Both the position numbers and the translations under genes were made by a program. From the NCBI GenBank assembly GCA_963794655.1, contig CAWCEV010000007.1:15708-79707 (forward strand): a stretch of 64,000 nt of DNA, given 5' to 3'. How positions within the stretch are numbered: the stretch's first letter is position 1; each line of letters begins with the position of its first letter. The stretch is from an uncultured Alphaproteobacteria bacterium. Its GTDB lineage: Bacteria > Pseudomonadota > Alphaproteobacteria > Rhizobiales > Beijerinckiaceae. Shown in pieces: positions 57,683-64,000 of this stretch. The notes beneath the pieces are model-generated. The model saw only the letters and a list, made by a program, of their open reading frames with translations, had not been told where the DNA came from and searched no databases.

Positions 57683-60600
57683 ATGGCAAAACAAAATCCG
57701 GCGACGGATCCCGTTTCCGCGGCGATGTCGGCGATCGAAAGCGCGCTGAACCTCACCGAAGACGACGAGGCCGTCACGGTCGAGAGCGCGGCTCTTCCCC
57801 AGCTTGTTCCGGCTAGGACGACGACCGCAACCCCGGTTCTCAAGCCAAGCCCGGTCGGCGGCGAGCCTTCGACGCTGCTCCGCCCAGGGCCCGGGCCTGC
57901 GGCCAGCTCCCCCGAGACGGAACCGAGGCCGGCGATCCAGACCAGCGCGCCTGCGAACGACGACCGCGAGACCGTCGGGGCGATCCTGCAGGCGATGAAC
58001 GCGCGCCCGGCGAGCCGGACGCCCTTCGTCCTCGCCCTGATCGGCTCGCTCCTGTGGGCCGCGATCTGCGTGCTTTACGCCTATGCCGCCTTGTGGCCCT
58101 CGGCTCCGGCGCGCCGGGTCGACCTCTTGTTGCGGCCGGAGACCCCGCTGCTCCTGCTGGCGACGCTCGCGCCGATCTTCTGCATGTTCGCCTTCGCCGC
58201 GCTCACGCGGCGGTTGCGCGAGCTTAGGCAATCGGCGCGCGCGATCTCCCAGGTCGCGGTGCGACTGGCCGAGCCCGAGGCGACCGCTGGCGAGCACATG
58301 GCGAACCTCTCCCAGGCCATTCGCCGCGAGCTCACGTCGATGGGCGACGGGGTCGAACGGGCGCTTGCGCGCGCCGCCGAACTCGAGACCCGGGTGCAGT
58401 CCGAGGTCTCGACCCTCGAGCGCTCCTATTCCGACAATGAGCGCAGGATCCGGCTCTTGATCGCCGAGATGGCCGATCAGCGCGAGGCGATCGTGACCAG
58501 CGGGACGCGGGTCCGCGACGCCATCGCGACTGCTCACGACAGCATCGCCGCCGACCTCAATACCGCCGGCGCAGGCCTTAGCGAGCGCCTGATCGAAGCC
58601 GGCCAAAGGGTGACTTCGTCGCTCGGGACAGCGTCGGAGGACGTCGCCCGCAACCTTGAGGGCGCCGGGTCGACGACGCTCGAGCGCATTGTCGCCGAAG
58701 GCGCGCGAATGAGCGTGTCGATCGCCGGAATCGGCGAAGGCCTCGCCGAGCGCCTCGCTGACACCAGCCAGAAGGCCGCCGGCGAAATCCTCGCCCGGGT
58801 CGGCGACGTCGATAGCCGCCTCAAGGCTGTCGGCGACAACCTGCTGTCGCGTTTGGGCGAGCGCGGCGACAACCTGATCGAACGCATTCAAACCTCGCAA
58901 GATTCGGTCGTGGAGGCGATCGACGCGCATGGCGACCGGGTTGCGACCCGGCTCGCGGACGCCTCTGAATTCGCACGGAGCGCCGTTGGCGCCCATGCCG
59001 ACGAGGTGGTCAGCCGCATCAGCGGCAGCAGCGCCCGCGCCGTTGAGGCGATCCGGGGACACGGAGAGGCCGTGTCGGATCAGCTCGACGCGGCGTCGCT
59101 CGCGCTCTCCGGCGCATTCGGCGCTCACGGCGACGATATCGTCGGCCGTATCAACGCGAGCAGCGCCGAGGTCCTCGACGTCATTCGCGCCCATGGCGAT
59201 TCGATCGCCACTCGCCTCTCCGACGCCGCCGCTCAGGCTGGCGACGCCATCGGCGCCCACGCGGACGCCGTCGTGAGCCGCGTTTCCTCAAGCAGCGCCG
59301 AGGCCGCGCGGACGCTGACCACCCATGCCGACGTCCTGGCGTCGCGCCTCTCGGAGGCCGCAGACGTCGTCAACGCGCACGGCGACGCCGTCGCCACGCA
59401 GCTTGCCGGCGCGTCGGCCGTGATGAGCGGCGCGGTCGCCGCCTACGCCGACGAGGTCGTGAGCCGCGTCAGCGCAAGCGGAGCGCAAACCGTCGACGCG
59501 ATCCGCCTGCATGGCGATTCCGTCGCCGACCAGCTCGCCCAGGCCTCGTCACAGCACCGAGGCGCCGTTGGCGAATATGCCGATGAAATCATTGGCCGGG
59601 TCAGCGCGAGCGGGCAGCAGACGGTCGATGCGATCCGGCTCCATGGCGATTCGGTCGCCGACCAGCTGGCCCAGGCGTCCGCCGCAAGTCGCGGCGCGGT
59701 GGCCGCATATGCCGACGAAGTGGTCGGCCGCGTCAGCGCGAGCGGAACACAAGCTGTCGATGCGATCCGGCTTCATGGCGATTCGGTCGCCGACCAGCTC
59801 GCTCACGCCTCGGCGCAACACCGAGACGCGGTGGCCGCATACGCCGACGAGGTGGTCGGCCGCGTCAGCGCGAGCGGAGCGCAAGCCGTCGATGCGATCC
59901 GGCTCCATGGCGATTCGGTCGCCGATCGACTGGCGGACACCTCGACGGCGACGCGAACCGCCGTCGGAGCATTTGTAGACGACGTCGTCGGCCGCGTCGC
60001 CACGAGCGCCCTGCATGCCGTCGAAGCGATCCGCGTCCAGGGCGATTCGGTCGCTGTCCAACTCGCGGACGCGTCGGCTGCGACTCGCAACGCCGTCGAC
60101 GCCTTTGCGAACGACGTGGTCGGGCGCGTCAGCTCGAGCGGCGCCGAGGCCGTCGAGGCGATCCGCGCCCAGGGCGATCTCGTCACCGATCGGCTTGGTC
60201 AAACGGCCGATGCGGTCGTCGGCGACTTCAGCCTCCGGTCCAATTCGCTCATCGAGCGCCTCGAGGCCGGCAGCGCGGGGCTTTCCGACACTATCGTAGT
60301 CCACGGCGACAGCCTCGTTACGCGCCTCAACGACGCCGCCGACCGCCTCCACGACACCGTGGTGGTCCGCGGCCAGGTCCTGGAAGACAGGCTGACCGGT
60401 TCGAGCGAGCGCTTGTCGTCCCTGATCGGGGACCGCGCGGAAGACGCGGCGGCGATCCTCGACGCCGCGGCGGTTCGCTGGGGCGATCAGTTCAACACCC
60501 GCGAGAGCCAGTTGCGTGGCGCGGTCGAGGCGCAGAACGAGGCGATCGAGACCCTCTTCGACGAATCGACGCGCCGCCTCGTTGGCGCGATCTCGGCCGA

Positions 60601-63600
60601 AGGCGCCGTGGCCCAAGCGCAGATCGAGGTGTCAACGACGCAGTCGCTGGCCCGGATGGCCGACGAGAGAGCGCATATCAACGAACGCTTCACCGCGCTG
60701 GCCAATGACGTGGCGGCCGCCGCGGCGACCGGGGCGAGCAACGTGCACGATACGCTGCGTGACCAGATCGCGGCCTTCGACGGCATCGTCAATAATCGTG
60801 GCGTGCGCCTTGTGGACGCGGTGTCGCAGCAGACCGAGCACATGCGCCAATATCTCGAGGCGCTGGACGGCCTTGTCGGCGAAAGCGGGCATAACGTCAT
60901 CGATCGCCTGGGCGCCCATTCCGACGAGCTCAACGCACGCATCGCCGGACATCTCGACGCCATCGACGCGATGATGAACGCGCGCAGCGACGACTTCGAC
61001 AAGCGCTTCGGCGACTATTCGGATCGGCTGGCGGCAAATTCGACTACGCGGGCCGAGCAGTTCGAGGCCGCGTCCGCCGCTCACAGCAATGCGGTCGATC
61101 TCGCGCTTTCCTCTCACTCGCGCCGGATCGAGACGTCGCTCGGCGACGCGCTGGCGCGCTTCGAGGGCGCGATCGACGGGCGCGGCCGCGAACTTGTCGT
61201 CCAGATCGGCGACCGGTCCGCCCTGCTCACCGCCGATCTCGGCGCCAAGCTCGCGGAGATCGAGGATACCCTCGTCAACCGTGGCGGGGCGATCAACGAG
61301 AAGCTCGGCCAGCGCAACGACGAGGCGGCCGCGTTGTTCGACGCCCGCCTCGAAGCCGTGGAGGAGCGCGCCGGGGCGAAACTGCGCGACGTGTCGACGA
61401 CGCTCGAGAGCCTGCTCATGCGGATCGAGGACGCGCTCGCCCAGCGCGGTCGCGCGCTCACCGAAACGCTCGCCCGCAACACGCTGGAAACCGCCAAGAC
61501 GCTCGGCGACGGCGGTCGCGAACTTGTGCAAGGCATGGACGCGAAATCAGCCGAAATCGGCGAAACCTTGCAACGGCGAGCCGACGAGCTGACGCAGACG
61601 CTCTCGGCGGTGGCCCGCGACATGAATGCTACGCTGACGGGCCGGGTCGAAGAAGTCTCCAGATCGCTCGGCGTCAGTGTCGATCAGTTCAAGGACCAGG
61701 TCGTCACACCGATGCAGGATCTGAGCCGGCGATTCGAATCGAGCAGGGCGGAGCTCGAGGACAAGGTCAGCGATCATGCCGAGCGGGTTTCCGGTTTGCT
61801 CGACCAGCACAAAGCCTCGCTCGGCGCGGCGTTCGACTCGCACCGGGGCGTTGTCGTCGACGCAGCCAGGCAGAGCGCGCAGATCTTCGACGCGCGCCTT
61901 GCGGCTCTCTCCGAAGCCGCCGATCAGAGCACGAGGATCATCGATTCGCGCCTTTCGGATCTGGTGGAGGCCGCCAACAGCAACGCCGAGAGCATCGATG
62001 AGCGGCTCGCCGCGCGCATTCATGCGATGAGCGAGACGCTGGCGAAAACGGCGGCGGACGCCGATTCGACCTGGGCCGCGCGCGGAGCGAGCGTCACCGG
62101 CGCGATCAGGGCGCGGGTCGACGAGCTACGCGAAGTCATCGAAGGGCGCGGCGCCGAGCTCCTGGCTTCGCTTGGCGAGCGCGGCGAGGACGTTTCGGCG
62201 AGAATCGCCGGCGTCGGCGAGCGCGCGATCCATACCCTCGATCAGCAGATGGTCAGCCTCGCCTCCCTTTTGACCCGGCGGACAGACGAGCTCATCGCCG
62301 CGGTCAATGGCAGCGCGGCAGACCCCGTCCGCACCTTGAGCGCGCTCACCGGACAATTGCGCTCGGAGGTGGCCGATTCCAGCCAGTCGCTGCGCGACAT
62401 CGCCGCCGAGACGACCAACCGGTCGGCCGAAGCGATCGACGGGCTCATGAAGCGGCTGACCGAACAGGTCGAGGCGTCCGGCGCCGCGCTTGGCGAGGCC
62501 GTCGCCCGCAGCGCGGAAAACTCGGTCGGGGCGCTCACCGGCACCGGCGACCGGCTGCGCAATGAACTAACGCTAGTGATCGACAACCTCGGCCATACCA
62601 GCGCGGTCATCGACCGCGACATCGGATCGGCCGGCGACCGGCTTGCCGCCGTGCAGAGCGGACTCGCCGCGCGGGTCGACGACTTCCAGCAAGCGCTCGG
62701 CGCCATCGCCTCGCAGGTGGCGGCGCTCGGGCAGATCTCCTCGGCCACCCAGTCCGACGCCGGCGCGCTTGCCGGTCAGCTCGCCCAGCACGCTGAAACC
62801 CTGGCCGCGGTCGGACGGGATCTCACCGAGCAGCAGCGCTCGATCGATCGCGCGCTCGAACAGCGCCAGAGCAGCCTTCAGGGCCTGATCAGCGATCTCG
62901 CCGGCCGCAGCGAAGCCTTCGAGGCGACGCTCGGGCGGTTTGCCGCTAACGTGGAGGACAGTTTCGCGAGGGCCCAGGCTCGCGCACAAGAGATCAGCGC
63001 CACCCTCGCCTCGGCGACCAGGGGCGCCTCGATCGCCGTCGCCGGCCAGTTCGAAACCATCCGCGACAACGCGGCCAAGGAGCGCGAGCGGACCGCGCAG
63101 ACGCTGCAGGCGACCCTCGAACAGACCAACGCCCAGCTCTCCGGCGCGCTCGAAAACGCCGCCGGCCGATTCCGCCAATCGGTGGATGAAGTGAAGGAGA
63201 TGGCGGGCCAGGTCCAGCGCGAGCTCGACGAGACGCGCCAGGAGCTGCGCCGCGGCGTGCTCGACCTGCCGCGGGAAACAAGCGAAACCACTGAGGCCAT
63301 GCGGCGGGTCGTTTCCGACCAGATTCGGGCGTTGAAGGAGCTCGCGGCTCTGGTCGCCGACTCGGGCGGCGCCTTCGACGTCGCCGAGCCCGCGCCGCTG
63401 GTCGCCGCGACGGCCGCCGGCGCCGGCGCTGCTGCCCCGCGCTTCGAGCCGCCGCAGCCGCCGCGCCGCGACGAGACCAACCTGCGCACTCTCGAGGCGC
63501 CTTCGCCGCGCGAGACTGCGCTTGCGCGCATCGGCGAAGCCATCGCTCCGCAGGTGATCGAGAGCCCGCCGCAAGGGCTGATTGGGACCATGCCGGACGC

Positions 63601-64000
63601 CGACCCGCCGCCCGGCCGGAGCCCGGCCCAGCCGTGGCCCGCGCCCTCGCCTGCACCGACATTGGCTCCGCCCGCATCGGCCTCCGACCGCGGCCAGGCC
63701 GGATGGCTCTCGAACCTGCTCGCGGCCGCCGAACGCGAGGAGCCCGCGCCCCCCTCGCCGAAGGCGACGGAGACGCTCGACGCGCTCGCGCTGGAAATCT
63801 CCGGCCTGATCGACAATGCGGCGGCGGTCGAGATGTGGGACCGGTGGCGGCGCGGCGACACCGCCGCTGTCTCGCGCCGTCTCTATACCGAGTCTGGCCA
63901 ACGGGCGTTCGACGAGATCCGGCGCCGCTATCGCTCCGACCCGGCGTTCCGCGACACGACGACCCGCTATATGCAGGAGTTCGAGCGCGTGTTGGCGAAG
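57683..64000 (+). CDS. giant membrane-anchored amphipathic-helix repeat protein (GPR/RgsE-like), 3' end outside the window
   Basis: The frame with codon starts congruent to 2 mod 3 is open for 2,106 codons from ATG 57683 (GGAGTGAGG lies 9-17 nt upstream) to base 64000. It is not in the ORF track. Two TM helices (PFVLALIGSLLWAAICVLYAYAAL; PLLLLATLAPIFCMFAFAAL) are followed by ~1,750 aa of A/E/R/L/D-rich helical repeats. A Pro-rich linker and a conserved-looking tail (...MWDRWRRGDTAAVSRRLYTESGQRAFDEIRRRYRSDPAFRD...) complete the visible part. Confidence 0.9.
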   Translation, partial: MAKQNPATDPVSAAMSAIESALNLTEDDEAVTVESAALPQLVPARTTTATPVLKPSPVGGEPSTLLRPGPGPAASSPETEPRPAIQTSAPANDDRETVGAILQAMNARPASRTPFVLALIGSLLWAAICVLYAYAALWPSAPARRVDLLLRPETPLLLLATLAPIFCMFAFAALTRRLRELRQSARAISQVAVRLAEPEATAGEHMANLSQAIRRELTSMGDGVERALARAAELETRVQSEVSTLERSYSDNERRIRLLIAEMADQREAIVTSGTRVRDAIATAHDSIAADLNTAGAGLSERLIEAGQRVTSSLGTASEDVARNLEGAGSTTLERIVAEGARMSVSIAGIGEGLAERLADTSQKAAGEILARVGDVDSRLKAVGDNLLSRLGERGDNLIERIQTSQDSVVEAIDAHGDRVATRLADASEFARSAVGAHADEVVSRISGSSARAVEAIRGHGEAVSDQLDAASLALSGAFGAHGDDIVGRINASSAEVLDVIRAHGDSIATRLSDAAAQAGDAIGAHADAVVSRVSSSSAEAARTLTTHADVLASRLSEAADVVNAHGDAVATQLAGASAVMSGAVAAYADEVVSRVSASGAQTVDAIRLHGDSVADQLAQASSQHRGAVGEYADEIIGRVSASGQQTVDAIRLHGDSVADQLAQASAASRGAVAAYADEVVGRVSASGTQAVDAIRLHGDSVADQLAHASAQHRDAVAAYADEVVGRVSASGAQAVDAIRLHGDSVADRLADTSTATRTAVGAFVDDVVGRVATSALHAVEAIRVQGDSVAVQLADASAATRNAVDAFANDVVGRVSSSGAEAVEAIRAQGDLVTDRLGQTADAVVGDFSLRSNSLIERLEAGSAGLSDTIVVHGDSLVTRLNDAADRLHDTVVVRGQVLEDRLTGSSERLSSLIGDRAEDAAAILDAAAVRWGDQFNTRESQLRGAVEAQNEAIETLFDESTRRLVGAISAEGAVAQAQIEVSTTQSLARMADERAHINERFTALANDVAAAAATGASNVHDTLRDQIAAFDGIVNNRGVRLVDAVSQQTEHMRQYLEALDGLVGESGHNVIDRLGAHSDELNARIAGHLDAIDAMMNARSDDFDKRFGDYSDRLAANSTTRAEQFEAASAAHSNAVDLALSSHSRRIETSLGDALARFEGAIDGRGRELVVQIGDRSALLTADLGAKLAEIEDTLVNRGGAINEKLGQRNDEAAALFDARLEAVEERAGAKLRDVSTTLESLLMRIEDALAQRGRALTETLARNTLETAKTLGDGGRELVQGMDAKSAEIGETLQRRADELTQTLSAVARDMNATLTGRVEEVSRSLGVSVDQFKDQVVTPMQDLSRRFESSRAELEDKVSDHAERVSGLLDQHKASLGAAFDSHRGVVVDAARQSAQIFDARLAALSEAADQSTRIIDSRLSDLVEAANSNAESIDERLAARIHAMSETLAKTAADADSTWAARGASVTGAIRARVDELREVIEGRGAELLASLGERGEDVSARIAGVGERAIHTLDQQMVSLASLLTRRTDELIAAVNGSAADPVRTLSALTGQLRSEVADSSQSLRDIAAETTNRSAEAIDGLMKRLTEQVEASGAALGEAVARSAENSVGALTGTGDRLRNELTLVIDNLGHTSAVIDRDIGSAGDRLAAVQSGLAARVDDFQQALGAIASQVAALGQISSATQSDAGALAGQLAQHAETLAAVGRDLTEQQRSIDRALEQRQSSLQGLISDLAGRSEAFEATLGRFAANVEDSFARAQARAQEISATLASATRGASIAVAGQFETIRDNAAKERERTAQTLQATLEQTNAQLSGALENAAGRFRQSVDEVKEMAGQVQRELDETRQELRRGVLDLPRETSETTEAMRRVVSDQIRALKELAALVADSGGAFDVAEPAPLVAATAAGAGAAAPRFEPPQPPRRDETNLRTLEAPSPRETALARIGEAIAPQVIESPPQGLIGTMPDADPPPGRSPAQPWPAPSPAPTLAPPASASDRGQAGWLSNLLAAAEREEPAPPSPKATETLDALALEISGLIDNAAAVEMWDRWRRGDTAAVSRRLYTESGQRAFDEIRRRYRSDPAFRDTTTRYMQEFERVLAK
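58910..60283 (+). repeat. in-frame tandem array: ten 132-bp (44-aa) units plus one 54-bp half unit
   Basis: Units start at 58910, 59042, 59174, (half unit 59306), 59360, 59492, 59624, 59756, 59888, 60020 and 60152. Consensus is VDAIRLHGDSVADQLAQASAQHRGAVAAYADEVVGRVSASGAQA. Units 59492..60019 are the most similar at DNA level. Confidence 0.9.

Noticed and set aside
58910-60283. Regular 132-bp repeats considered as a possible CRISPR-like or satellite array
   Set aside because: The period is an exact multiple of 3, there are no unique spacers, and the repeats lie in frame inside the giant CDS. They are a coding tandem repeat.
57584-63901. Long minus-strand ORFs (57584..59260, 59549..60616, 60632..61531, 62573..63901) and the frame-0 + ORFs listed in the track over this region
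   Set aside because: They lie antisense to, or off-frame from, a continuous 2,106-codon + strand frame with coherent protein features. Their translations are Arg/Gly/Asp-rich low-complexity strings broken at arbitrary points, as expected of shadow ORFs in GC-rich DNA.

Overview
High-GC (roughly 63-65%) alphaproteobacterial, Rhizobiales-like chromosomal segment; markers are CIRCE-groESL, MucR, a GcrA-like motif and BluB. Main points: (1) The largest gene is missing from the supplied ORF track. A + strand frame is open from ATG 57683 to the last base of the window (2,106 codons, no stop). It encodes a two-TM, amphipathic-helix repeat giant with ten tandem 44-aa (132-bp) units and resembles the GPR/RgsE polar-growth scaffolds. 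The long minus-strand ORFs listed there are shadows. (2) About 12797-13505 (-) is an ORF-less group II intron with a textbook domain V. It lies between partial copies of a dispersed two-box repeat that also flanks two tandem adenylate-cyclase/TPR paralogues and marks a third, truncated copy. (3) 17.1-23.8 kb is a nested IS stack: an IS481-family transposase gene cut into three pieces by two IS110-family elements, one of which carries an IS66 element with a perfect 8-bp TSD. Excising the inserts restores all reading frames. Both IS110 non-coding ends contain short segments matching their own insertion sites, consistent with bridge-RNA guides. (4) A tRNA-Phe 3' fragment, a P4-type integrase, a truncated PLD (HKD) nuclease gene and an orphan P-loop NTPase look like an eroded integrative island. 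(5) Gene decay is conspicuous: nonsense codons in mucR and a flavin monooxygenase, and single-nt frameshifts in a GH43 xylosidase and two transposases. There are also truncated YHS, cupin, glpR-like and cyclase copies. (6) The remainder is two CUT1-type sugar ABC loci without ATPase genes (GH127 arabinofuranosidase with an embedded LacI; GH10/GH43 xylan locus with ROK, Gfo/Idh/MocA and ThuA). Housekeeping genes include glpD, cobB, bluB, an OprB porin, a Fdx/FNR pair and three transglutaminase-like paralogues. No CRISPR array, rRNA or intact tRNA was seen. All homology calls come from reading the translations; no searches were run.
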